This document shows, piece after piece, positions 10,557-19,862 of a DNA stretch of 64,000 bases. A model generated the notes under the pieces. That model had not been told where the DNA came from, made no database searches, and saw nothing but the letters and a program-made list of their open reading frames with translations. The first letter of the stretch is position 1, and every line of letters starts with the position of its first letter. Source of the stretch: Microcoleus sp. (GTDB taxonomy: Bacteria > Cyanobacteriota > Cyanobacteriia > Cyanobacteriales > Microcoleaceae); the NCBI GenBank assembly GCA_042408215.1, contig JAYFMW010000007.1, positions 241,797 through 305,796 on the forward strand, written 5' to 3'. A program made the position numbers and the translations under genes.

Positions 10557-13500
10557 TGAGATATCGAAATTCCGCTATGATGTTATTCTTCATATAGAAA
10601 AACAGGTTTTTCCCACAGCAGAATTTCAGTGGTTAGACTGGCAAAAAAATGACCTAACTGTGTCAGCAGTCCGTGATTTACTTAAAGAAACAAAACCAGA
10701 ACTTTTAGGCATAAAGAATATACCTAACCCTCGTTTGAGTCAAGAAATCAAGCTTTTAGATTTATTGCATAGTGACACAGGATTAACTACAGTAGGTGAA
10801 TTACGATCGGCATTACAGGGTTGGGAAAATGATGGGATAGAACCTGAAGATTGGTGGGATTTAGGCACTGAGTTATCTCAGAATGTTTATATTAATTGGT
10901 CTGAGGTTAAGGGTTGCTATAATGTAGTTTTTCAATTAGGGGAAAAACTTTTCGACCATTCCCTAGGTAATATTCAGATTAAACCTTGGCTGAGTTATGG
11001 TAATAATCCTCTGCAAAGCAAAATAGTAGGTAATTTAGAACAAAAATTGCGGACTGATTTGAAAAAAAGTCTCCCTGACTATATGGTGCCCACAGCTTTT
11101 GTTATCCTCGATCAAATGCCACTAACACCAAGTGGTAAAGTGGATCGTCGTGGGCTAAAAGCTCCTGAAAAGTGCCGCCCTGAATTGTCAACAGTTCTGG
11201 TTATTCCCCGCACAGATAACGAAAAACTGATTGCTAATATTTGGCAGGAATTATTACAGATAGATTTAGTAGGAATACATGACAATTTCTTTGAGTTAGG
11301 TGGCCATTCTTTAGTAGCCACTCAATTAGCATCCAGACTAAGAGAAAATTTCCAAGTAGAAATACCCCTCAGAGTCATCTTTGAATCGCCAACAATAGCA
11401 GAATTAGATCAGGCATTAAGCCAATTACTGCTCCTCAAAAAAGGATTGAATATTCCCCCTCTAAAACCTGTTACACAAGATTTCGAGCAAATTCCCCTAT
11501 CTTTTCAACAAGAAAGACTGTGGTTTGTCGATCAATTAGAAGGAGCAAATGCTACTTATAATATACCAGTAGCCATCTCGTTAACTGGTAATTTGAAAAT
11601 TCATGTCCTCCAAAAAGCCTTGTCTGAAATAGTACAAAGACATGAGGTATTAAGAACTAGCTTCCCAACAGTTGACGGCACACCAAGACAGATAATCGAT
11701 CCAGAAGCTACCCTAAATATTAAGGTGACAGACTTACAGCATCTTGAAGAAACAGAACGCCAAACCGTATTAAAACAAGAACTACAACAACAAGCAAATA
11801 TTCCCTTTAATTTAGAAGAAGCCCCCTTAATCAGATGTAGTTTATGGCAGTTATCTCAAACCGAATATGTGTTATTAATAACAATGCACCATATTGTGTC
11901 AGATGGCTGGTCATTAGGAATATTGAATCAAGAAATTTCAACTTTATATAAAGCTTTTCTAGCAGGGAAATCATCACCTTTAGAAAAATTACCCGTGAAC
12001 TATGCAGATTTTTCTGTTTGGGAAAAACAATGGTTAAGGGGAGAAATATTAGAAACTCAACTCAATTACTGGAGACAACAATTGCAAAATGCTCCAGAAT
12101 TATTACAATTACCTACAGATCGCCCTAGACCCAATATACAGACTCACAAAGGGAAAACCCAAAGATTTCTCTTAAACACAGAGTTAACCCAAAAAATCCA
12201 GAATCTAGCCAATGAGTCAGGGAAAACTTTATTTATGACTTTGTGGGCAGCTTTTACCACATTACTATATCGTTACAGTGGACAATCAGATATTTTAATT
12301 GGGTCATCAATAGCTAATCGTAACCGCAGTGAAATCGAGTCATTGATAGGTTGTTTTGTGAATACTTTGGTCTTAAGAAGTAACTTTGAAGACAATCCTA
12401 GTTTCTTAGAATTACTCAACCAAGTTAAAGAAACTACACTTAAAGCTTATGAACATCAAGATGTACTCCTTGAACAAGTATTACCATCACATAGGTCTTT
12501 GAGTTATTCCTATCTATTCCAAGTAATGTTTATTCTCCAACCCCCAGTAGTAGAATTAGAACTACCAGGGATAATTTGTCATCAGTTATATCAAGAAAGC
12601 GCGGTCTCTAAGTTTGATTTAACAGTCTCAATAACGGAAACATTTCAAGGCTTAGAAGGCGAATGGGAATATAAGACAGATTTATGGGATGACTCAACTA
12701 TTAAGCGGATGGCTAGTCATTTTGAAAACTTATTATCAGCGATTGTTACTCATCCTTATAAGACTGTTAATGAGTTACAATTATTGAGCGAAACAGAACG
12801 CCATCAATTATTAGTAGAGTGGAATAATACCCAAACAGCATATCCCCAAGATAAATGTATTCATCAATTATTTGAAGAGCAGGTAAAACTCACACCCAAT
12901 GCGATCGCGGTAGTCTTTGAAGAACAACAATTAACCTATTTTGAGTTAAATCAAAAAGCCAATCAAGTAGCACGTCATCTCCAAAGCTTGGGAGTAAAAG
13001 CTGAATCCTTAGTAGGGATTTGTGTAGAACGTTCTCTTGAGATGGTAATTGGAGTGTTAGGGACATTAAAAGCGGGTGGTGCTTATGTGCCGCTTGACCC
13101 AAATTATCCAGCCGAAAGATTGAGTTATATGTTGACTAATTCAAGAGTTGATGTGTTATTAACTCAACAAGATTTATTGTCATCATTACCGTCAACACCT
13201 GCACAGATAGTTTGTTTGGATAAAGATTGGGGAGTGATTGAAAAATATAGTCATTCCCCACTTAATACAGATGTAAGTTCAAATAATCTTGCTTATGTCA
13301 TTTATACTTCAGGTTCTACTGGACAGCCTAAAGGGGTAATGATAGAACATCGGAGTTTAGTTAAAGCTTACTGGGGATGGGAAAAAGCTTATCAATTAAA
13401 ATCAACTACAACTTCCCACCTCCAACTTGCTAATTTTTCCTTTGATGTGTTTACTGGTGATTGGGTACGCGCTCTTTGTTCTGGAGCTAAACTTGTGTTA

Positions 13501-15408
13501 TGTTCATCGGAAATACGGACAGATCCGGCTCAACTTTACAGCTTAATGCGTTATCAAAAAGTGGATTTTGCTGAATTTGTCCCTGCTCTGATACGTCCTC
13601 TGGTTGAGTACCTTGAGCAAACTCAACACTTGCTTGATTTCATGCAAATACTAATAGTTGGTTCCGATATTTGGTATATGGGAGAATATCGAACTCTTGT
13701 AAATTATTGTGGTTCAGATAGTCGCGTCATTAATTCCTACGGAATAACAGAATGTACCATTGATAGCACCTTCTTTGAGGATGAGAAAAATAGTATCCCA
13801 GAGCAAGCCTTAGTTCCGATCGGTCGCCCTATGTCCAACACCAAAATATATATTCTTGATCGACAACTCCAACCAGTACCTATAGGTGTAATAGGCGAAC
13901 TCTATATCGGAGGTGATGGTTTAGCCAGAGGTTATCTTAACCGCCCAGAATTAACACAAGAGAAATTCATAGCTAATCCTTTCCAAACAGGAGAACGCAT
14001 TTATAAAACAGGCGACATTGCTCGTTACTTAAATGATGGTAATATAGAGTATCTCGATCGCATTGATAACCAAGTCAAGATTCGAGGCTTCCGCATTGAG
14101 CTAGGAGAAATAGAAGCAGTTATCAACACTCATCCTCAAATCCAACAAACTGTAGCGATCGCGAGGGAAGACATACCTGGAAACAAACGCCTAGTCGCCT
14201 ATATCGTGACGGAGGATGAATTATTAAATACTCATCAAGTACGAGAATATCTCAAACAGAAGTTACCAGAATATATGCTACCTTCTGCCTTTATGTTCTT
14301 AAAAAATCTCCCCTTAACACCCAACGGCAAAATAGACCGTAAAGCGTTACCTGCTCCTGATTTAGACTTAAGCACTCAAGGTGAATTAATTCTTCCCAGA
14401 GATACTATAGAATTGAAATTAGCACAAATATGGTCTGATTTGCTCGGCATCAATCCTATAGGAGTAACAAACAACTTCTTTGAATTAGGCGGACATTCTC
14501 TTCTGGCTGTCAGTCTCATGGCTCAAATTCAAAAACAATTCCACAAAAAATTATCTTTAGCAACACTTTTCCAAAATTCAACCATTGAACAAATCGCCCA
14601 TCTTCTGCGTTTAGAAACAGATGCTTTAGATTGGTCTGTTTTAGTACCCATCAAATCTAAGGGTAATAAACCTCCGCTATTTTGTATTCATCCATCTGGA
14701 GGAAATGTTCTCTGTTATCAAGATTTAGCCTATCAATTGGATTTAGATCAACCAGTCTATGGATTACAATCCTTTGGTTTAAATCCTGAAAACCAACCTC
14801 ATAGTAGTATTGAACAGATGGCTAGTTACTATATCCAAGCAATCCAAACTGTTCAAGCTCATGGGCCTTACTTGCTGATGGGTTGGTCTTTAGGTGGTAT
14901 AGTTGCTTTTGAAATGGCACAGCAACTTTCGCGCCAAGGAGAAAAAATTGCTTTCTTAGCTTCAATAGATACTAACCCTCTTTTCACCACATCTGAATTA
15001 GAAAATAATGATGCTGTTGTGATGGTGTGGATGCTTGGAGAAGCTCTTAAACCTTGTTTGGAGGAAATAAAACAACTAGAACCACAGGAACAATTAATCT
15101 ATGTGTTAGAACAAGCTAAACAAAAAAATCTGGTGTCAGAAGACGTTGATTTAACTCAAATTCAACATTTATTGGAGATTAACAAATTGAACATTCAAGC
15201 TCTAGAAAATTATCAACCTCAATCCTATTTAGGCTCGATGATTGTCATACAAGCTAGTGAAACTAATACTGATTTGACATCAGTCTGGAATGAATTTGTA
15301 GAAAAAGTAGATGCTTATATGATTCCGGGTAATCATTACAATCTGGTTACAACTCCACAAGTTCAAAGACTAGCTCAAATCATCCAAAAATATCTGGCTA
15401 GATTGTAG
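10519..15408 (+). CDS. NRPS part 3: end of MT/A, T, C, A (Orn-type code), T, thioesterase
   Basis: Two FFELGGHSL PCP motifs, HHIVSDG, A-domain core motifs, TE GWSLGG. Confidence 0.93.
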   Translation: MCKFNSSAIVYHNEISKFRYDVILHIEKQVFPTAEFQWLDWQKNDLTVSAVRDLLKETKPELLGIKNIPNPRLSQEIKLLDLLHSDTGLTTVGELRSALQGWENDGIEPEDWWDLGTELSQNVYINWSEVKGCYNVVFQLGEKLFDHSLGNIQIKPWLSYGNNPLQSKIVGNLEQKLRTDLKKSLPDYMVPTAFVILDQMPLTPSGKVDRRGLKAPEKCRPELSTVLVIPRTDNEKLIANIWQELLQIDLVGIHDNFFELGGHSLVATQLASRLRENFQVEIPLRVIFESPTIAELDQALSQLLLLKKGLNIPPLKPVTQDFEQIPLSFQQERLWFVDQLEGANATYNIPVAISLTGNLKIHVLQKALSEIVQRHEVLRTSFPTVDGTPRQIIDPEATLNIKVTDLQHLEETERQTVLKQELQQQANIPFNLEEAPLIRCSLWQLSQTEYVLLITMHHIVSDGWSLGILNQEISTLYKAFLAGKSSPLEKLPVNYADFSVWEKQWLRGEILETQLNYWRQQLQNAPELLQLPTDRPRPNIQTHKGKTQRFLLNTELTQKIQNLANESGKTLFMTLWAAFTTLLYRYSGQSDILIGSSIANRNRSEIESLIGCFVNTLVLRSNFEDNPSFLELLNQVKETTLKAYEHQDVLLEQVLPSHRSLSYSYLFQVMFILQPPVVELELPGIICHQLYQESAVSKFDLTVSITETFQGLEGEWEYKTDLWDDSTIKRMASHFENLLSAIVTHPYKTVNELQLLSETERHQLLVEWNNTQTAYPQDKCIHQLFEEQVKLTPNAIAVVFEEQQLTYFELNQKANQVARHLQSLGVKAESLVGICVERSLEMVIGVLGTLKAGGAYVPLDPNYPAERLSYMLTNSRVDVLLTQQDLLSSLPSTPAQIVCLDKDWGVIEKYSHSPLNTDVSSNNLAYVIYTSGSTGQPKGVMIEHRSLVKAYWGWEKAYQLKSTTTSHLQLANFSFDVFTGDWVRALCSGAKLVLCSSEIRTDPAQLYSLMRYQKVDFAEFVPALIRPLVEYLEQTQHLLDFMQILIVGSDIWYMGEYRTLVNYCGSDSRVINSYGITECTIDSTFFEDEKNSIPEQALVPIGRPMSNTKIYILDRQLQPVPIGVIGELYIGGDGLARGYLNRPELTQEKFIANPFQTGERIYKTGDIARYLNDGNIEYLDRIDNQVKIRGFRIELGEIEAVINTHPQIQQTVAIAREDIPGNKRLVAYIVTEDELLNTHQVREYLKQKLPEYMLPSAFMFLKNLPLTPNGKIDRKALPAPDLDLSTQGELILPRDTIELKLAQIWSDLLGINPIGVTNNFFELGGHSLLAVSLMAQIQKQFHKKLSLATLFQNSTIEQIAHLLRLETDALDWSVLVPIKSKGNKPPLFCIHPSGGNVLCYQDLAYQLDLDQPVYGLQSFGLNPENQPHSSIEQMASYYIQAIQTVQAHGPYLLMGWSLGGIVAFEMAQQLSRQGEKIAFLASIDTNPLFTTSELENNDAVVMVWMLGEALKPCLEEIKQLEPQEQLIYVLEQAKQKNLVSEDVDLTQIQHLLEINKLNIQALENYQPQSYLGSMIVIQASETNTDLTSVWNEFVEKVDAYMIPGNHYNLVTTPQVQRLAQIIQKYLARL

Positions 15409-15518
15409 GTTGGGTTGAGGAACGAAACCCAACATTATCAAGGATTTTGTGAGGCTTCTTATCAAGGATTTTGTTCTGATAAATACCATTTAATTTGGTA
15501 TTGTAAAAATGAAATCAA

Positions 15519-16190
15519 TTGCTCAAATCAGGAGAAAATATTATGTTAGAAAAAGATGGAATCGTTTATGAAATTCTACAAAGTCAAGATTTGTCCAGTA
15601 CAATTGAATGTTTAGCTACTGTTTTTCCTGGCAGTGAGCCACTTACCCATTGTTTAGGAATCACTAAAGAATACTATTATCCCGTAGCCGAAATTGTTTG
15701 TCACAAAGCGGTAGAAGATGGATTATCTCATATCGCTAAAGATGCACAAACAGGTGAAGTAGTCGGCTTTAGAATTTCTGAAGATTTGCATACAAGAGAA
15801 GATAAATCTTATCAAGATAAATTTAATGAATTTGAGAAATTTCTCCCCATTAGTTCTCTAGTAGAATCGCTACAAAGTCAGTATTTACAGGATAAAGTTC
15901 TCAGCAAAGGACAAATGTTATATCATTCCCTGTTAGGAGTAGATCCTAGATATCAGAATCGCCAGATCCCTAAATATTTATATGATGAAAATATAGATCA
16001 TGCTAAAAATCAAAATTTTTCCAGAATAATTACTGAAGCTACGGGCATGGTTTCACAAAGACTTTGTTCGAGATTCGGATTTAAGGAAATTTTGTCGATT
16101 AATTATCAAGATTATGAATATGAAGGAGTGAAAGTATTTGCTAACATCACTCGTCACAAAAAATGCGTGCTAATGGAGAAATTACTCTAG
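15519..16190 (+). CDS. GNAT-family N-acetyltransferase (start probably 15543)
   Basis: EPL motif, LLGVDPRYQNRQI acetyl-CoA loop, EATGMVSQRL..RFGF. Confidence 0.75.
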   Translation: MLKSGENIMLEKDGIVYEILQSQDLSSTIECLATVFPGSEPLTHCLGITKEYYYPVAEIVCHKAVEDGLSHIAKDAQTGEVVGFRISEDLHTREDKSYQDKFNEFEKFLPISSLVESLQSQYLQDKVLSKGQMLYHSLLGVDPRYQNRQIPKYLYDENIDHAKNQNFSRIITEATGMVSQRLCSRFGFKEILSINYQDYEYEGVKVFANITRHKKCVLMEKLL

Positions 16191-16208
16191 CCTGACACAA
16201 CGAGATTC

Positions 16209-16526
16209 TTAAGATAGCAAATTTACCCCCACGACTCCTAGAATAATCAAAAAAATTGAAACAATTTGTAGAGGGTTTAAAGTTTCTTTAAAAAAAATAA
16301 CCCCTACTATTGCAATTATCGTGGTTCCCAATCCTGACCAGATTGCATAAGCAATATTTAGATTAATTCCTTTAAGAGCCTTTGTCAACATGGAGATGCT
16401 ACCAATGTAGCATATCACCACTAAAGTAGAAGGAATTAATTGAGTAAATCCCTGGGAAAACTTCATACAAGTTGTTCCCAGTGATTCTAATAAAATAGCA
16501 ATGAATAAATCCAGCCAACTTGTCAT
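16209..16526 (-). CDS. SMR-family small multidrug efflux transporter (EmrE/QacE-like)
   Basis: 105 aa, 4 TM helices, membrane Glu in ILLESLGT, AYAIWSGLG. Confidence 0.9.
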   Translation of the reverse strand: MTSWLDLFIAILLESLGTTCMKFSQGFTQLIPSTLVVICYIGSISMLTKALKGINLNIAYAIWSGLGTTIIAIVGVIFFKETLNPLQIVSIFLIILGVVGVNLLS

Positions 16527-16548
16527 AATCTAACTCTTTCTACAATCA

Positions 16549-17913
16549 TTAATGGGCGGGTTTTATAGGTTCAATTAGTTCCAAACGAGAAGGGAGATAT
16601 TCTCTTCTCTCTATATCACTCAAATCTTCAGCCGCACGAATTAATTCTACATCTCCTGTTTCTGTAATCAACACAATATTAGGACGATATTCGATAAACT
16701 GAAACCAAAAACTATTATTATAGGCACCAATATTAGAGATGACCAAGCGATCGCCTCGTGATAAAGGTGGTAAGCTAATTGCTTCCGCTATCACATCTAT
16801 ATTCGTACAAAGAGGTCCATAAAGTTGGGAAGTTTCACACTTACCAGGAATAGCCTTTGCTAGGGAAATATTAAACTGAAACCAAAGACCAAGAAATAGT
16901 AAGTTAATCCCAGCATCAATAACATAACCAGGATTTCCATCAGGTAAGCGTTTTGTCCCACAAACGGTAGTAATTAAAGTTCCTGCTTCATCTACCAGCA
17001 ATCGTCCTGATTCAATAATTAATTTAGGTCTATGGTTGGGTCTAAGACTTTTCAAGAGAGCATTACAGATAGTCTCCGCATAGTCATCAATAGAAGGAGA
17101 TATTAACTCACCTGTATGATAAATTTCCTTCATTTTGTTGTTAGATGCAAATCCACCACCAATATCTATATACTCCATAGACCAGCCAAAATGATCTTCT
17201 ATCTCATAGCCAAATTTGACCATTTTTTCTACTTGTTGAGCGTAGGCTTCTTTATTGGTTATGAAAGTACCAATATGGCTATGTAATCCATTGAGACGTA
17301 ACCGATTACTTTTCGCAATATGTTGTACTGCTTCCATCGCTTCACCAGATTCTAGGTTAAAACCAAATCTTGACCAACAAGGTTCTATACCTGTATCTAA
17401 GTTAATACGAATACCAACAGTCAGGGTTTTGTCTAAGATTGAGGCAATTTTTTCTAAATCTTCAATTTCCTCGAAGCGATCAATATTGACTGTTACCCCA
17501 TCTTTGATAGCCGCGAATAAAGTATTAAATGGTTTATGGGGTCCGTTGAAAATGATTTCTTGACCAGGAATACCTAAATTTTTAGCTTTATCGTATTCCA
17601 TTTGGGAAACTAATTCAGCAACGGCTCCTTCTTGATGGAAAATAGCACAAATTGCTTTTAAATAATTAGTCTTATAAGACCAACCAAAAGTTACGTCTGG
17701 ATAACGATTAGTAAAAGCATTTTTGACACGACGAAACTGCTTTCTTAATGTCTCTTCTGAGTAAACAAATAAAGGAGAACCAAACTGGGCGACTAAATCC
17801 TCAACACTAACTCCAGATATTTCTGTTTTAATTGTCTGATTTAGGGGATTTACTTGAGTCAATTCATTTATTGGACTATTTTGCAACTCACCAATTGTAG
17901 GTTTTTCTGACAT
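16549..17913 (-). CDS. PLP-dependent fold-III decarboxylase (LysA/diaminopimelate decarboxylase-like)
   Basis: SYKTN PLP lysine, HSHIGT, IDIGGGF, IESGR, GPLC, GAY. Confidence 0.85.
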   Translation of the reverse strand: MSEKPTIGELQNSPINELTQVNPLNQTIKTEISGVSVEDLVAQFGSPLFVYSEETLRKQFRRVKNAFTNRYPDVTFGWSYKTNYLKAICAIFHQEGAVAELVSQMEYDKAKNLGIPGQEIIFNGPHKPFNTLFAAIKDGVTVNIDRFEEIEDLEKIASILDKTLTVGIRINLDTGIEPCWSRFGFNLESGEAMEAVQHIAKSNRLRLNGLHSHIGTFITNKEAYAQQVEKMVKFGYEIEDHFGWSMEYIDIGGGFASNNKMKEIYHTGELISPSIDDYAETICNALLKSLRPNHRPKLIIESGRLLVDEAGTLITTVCGTKRLPDGNPGYVIDAGINLLFLGLWFQFNISLAKAIPGKCETSQLYGPLCTNIDVIAEAISLPPLSRGDRLVISNIGAYNNSFWFQFIEYRPNIVLITETGDVELIRAAEDLSDIERREYLPSRLELIEPIKPAH

Positions 17914-18007
17914 TTTAATTGCCTCCTAAAGTAACTATGGTATGTAAATGTGTGGAATCAGTCAATATCTTTGCCCCAAAAATAAAGAGAAAGAATAATC
18001 TCATCCT

Positions 18008-18601
18008 TCAGCTTTTTTGATAATAGATATTAATACTTGATTCTAGTTTTTCTCTTCCGTCCGCAACTGCTGTCACCTGCTCTTTGTACTTCTCATCGAT
18101 CAGATATTTTAAAGGTTGTTCAACTTGATTAAAATAACGCATTGCTTCAGCCGCTTTTTCATCCCATTCTGCATATAAGTTTAAGATATCATCGGGCATT
18201 ATTTTAGTGCGAAGTCCTTCGGCATCGTTTCGTAGGCATTCAAAAGGTTCATCCAAATTTAAAGTTCCATAATCAATTGTTATTTCTTCTCCCGGATAAA
18301 TATCTCTAACTGCTATTTCAAAATCATAAGCAGTAGTAATACAGTTAGGATTAGAAGAATGATTGAGAAAACGTCCTAGATCCCATACTAATGCTAGTTT
18401 ACCAGTTCTATATCGATAACAGTATTTAAGCACTTCTTTTTTGGTGAATTCATCGAGGGAATTTACATAGGATTCATCTAGTTTTTGAGTAAGGTCATCT
18501 AAAATCCAAACTATTGTTCCTTTTGGAATCAATTTAGTGGCTATTAAACCATAACCGATCGTTTCGTTAATCTTGCTCATTTGGGTGTCAGGATGTATCA
18601 T
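18008..18601 (-). CDS. SET-domain protein (putative lysine methyltransferase)
   Basis: GYGLIAT..IPKG, RFLNHSSNPN, GEEITIDY. Confidence 0.88.
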   Translation of the reverse strand: MIHPDTQMSKINETIGYGLIATKLIPKGTIVWILDDLTQKLDESYVNSLDEFTKKEVLKYCYRYRTGKLALVWDLGRFLNHSSNPNCITTAYDFEIAVRDIYPGEEITIDYGTLNLDEPFECLRNDAEGLRTKIMPDDILNLYAEWDEKAAEAMRYFNQVEQPLKYLIDEKYKEQVTAVADGREKLESSINIYYQKS

Positions 18602-18807
18602 AAGAGAAATGGGTTTGAAACCCCGTCCGAGAAGGACGGCTTTATATTGGATTTAGATATCATATCACTATAGGCATTACGGCATGACTTCAGCAGTAAA
18701 ACAGCCTACCCTACACCCAGGCACAAACCAGCCCCCCAGTTTGCGCCTGGGTTAAAAGTTGGGGTATTGAGGGTTAAGGTGTTACGCTCCGGCTCCACCA
18801 ATGTCAA
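18602..18807 (+). mobile_element. ORF-less IS200/IS605-derived miniature element
   Basis: Left-end hairpin gggtttgaaaccccgtcc-gagaa-ggacgg after TCAT; internal hairpin cccaggcacaaac/gtttgcgcctggg; ends in tgtcaa (right-end hairpin degenerate). Confidence 0.65.
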
Positions 18808-18958
18808 TCTCTTCCTCAAGTCCTGATACGGGTATTTTTTTATACCTTATATCTCGTTTCTCTGCGTATATTCCGCAAAAAACTCGGCTAAACACTTTAC
18901 TCCCATGTATAAAAAAATACTTTAGTTATTCCAAAGCCAAACTGGGTTAAGCCAAACT

Positions 18959-19220
18959 GTAGGGACACTCCAGCGTGCCCCTAGGTCTCAACTTAAGCCT
19001 AAAACCCTTGATAAATCTGGTTTTTAGGCGACTGCGAGATCCCCCTAAATCCCCCTTAAGAAGGGGGACTTTGATCGGAATCTTGTCCCACACCCCCTAC
19101 TCCCCTACTCCCCTGGTTGTCGGGGGGCTAGGGGGGATCTGGACCCAATCGTCAAACAACACTCTCTGACTGGGTTTGACGTTAAGTTGACAGGAAGAAG
19201 GGCACTTGGAGTGTCCCTAC
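18959..19220. repeat. Nested composite repeat (outer GTAGGGACAC/GTGTCCCTAC, inner TCAACTTAA/TTAAGTTGAC, central CCCCCTTAAGAAGGGGG)
   Basis: Homologous copy at 57421-57657. Confidence 0.75.
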
Positions 19221-19283
19221 TACAGGATGTGTCGCCAACGCGATCTGTTTAGCCTGAAGCCGCGTAGCAACGCGGGCTTTTTT

Positions 19284-19462
19284 TCAATTGGGAATTTTGT
19301 GATAATTCTGTAAGTCCCTGTCGAGTGACCAGATAAAAACTTCACTCATGGGGAAGCGTTTACACGATTTATTAAATTCTTTAATGATACTGAGATCGCC
19401 GAAACTTGTTCCTTCTTGCCGATCGGGAGCTTTGTTTTTGCCAGCTAAATCTGGGAACCGAT
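19284..19462 (-). pseudogene. C-terminal fragment of a hypothetical (possibly PIN-like) protein
   Basis: IDRFPDLAG...SFGDLSIIKEF...FIWSLD; truncated at the 48-bp repeat. Confidence 0.45.
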
Positions 19463-19510
19463 CAATAGACATCTCCCAAAAAGAAATAGTTGACCGATCG
19501 CTATTAAGTT
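19463..19510 (+). repeat. 48-bp direct repeat, right copy
   Basis: Identical to 7222-7269. Confidence 0.9.
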
Positions 19511-19718
19511 ATAATAGTTCTAGCATGACTTTAGGTCTTTGATGTTTAGGTAATGGCATTCGGATTTCTAAAACTCCTTCAGCATAAGCAATTCTCCACG
19601 CTCTACCGTCGCCGACATCAGACATTATCGCTTTAAATGTTTGCCATTTAATGCCAGCCAAATTAATTAATTTTTCCTCGGTACTTGGTTGAGTTGGAGT
19701 CAATGTTGTTGTGACCAT
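19509..19718 (-). pseudogene. N-terminal fragment of a Uma2-family endonuclease
   Basis: IKWQTFKAIM...RIAYAEGVLEIRMPLPKH is a typical Uma2 N-terminus; stops at the repeat. Confidence 0.75.
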
Positions 19719-19862
19719 TTGAGCTACAATTGGTTAAGCTTTGATTGATTTTAGCATAATCCTCTAACATCTGCGTTCATCCCCGTTCATCTGCCTTTAT
19801 CTGCGGTAAAAAAAAGAGCGATCGCCCTTTATGACAAAAAGTGCGATCGCCCATTTTAATTC

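Noticed and set aside
16549..17913. Housekeeping lysA assignment
   Set aside because: SYKTN-type PLP motif and location in an AT-rich BGC operon; substrate uncertain, so no symbol given
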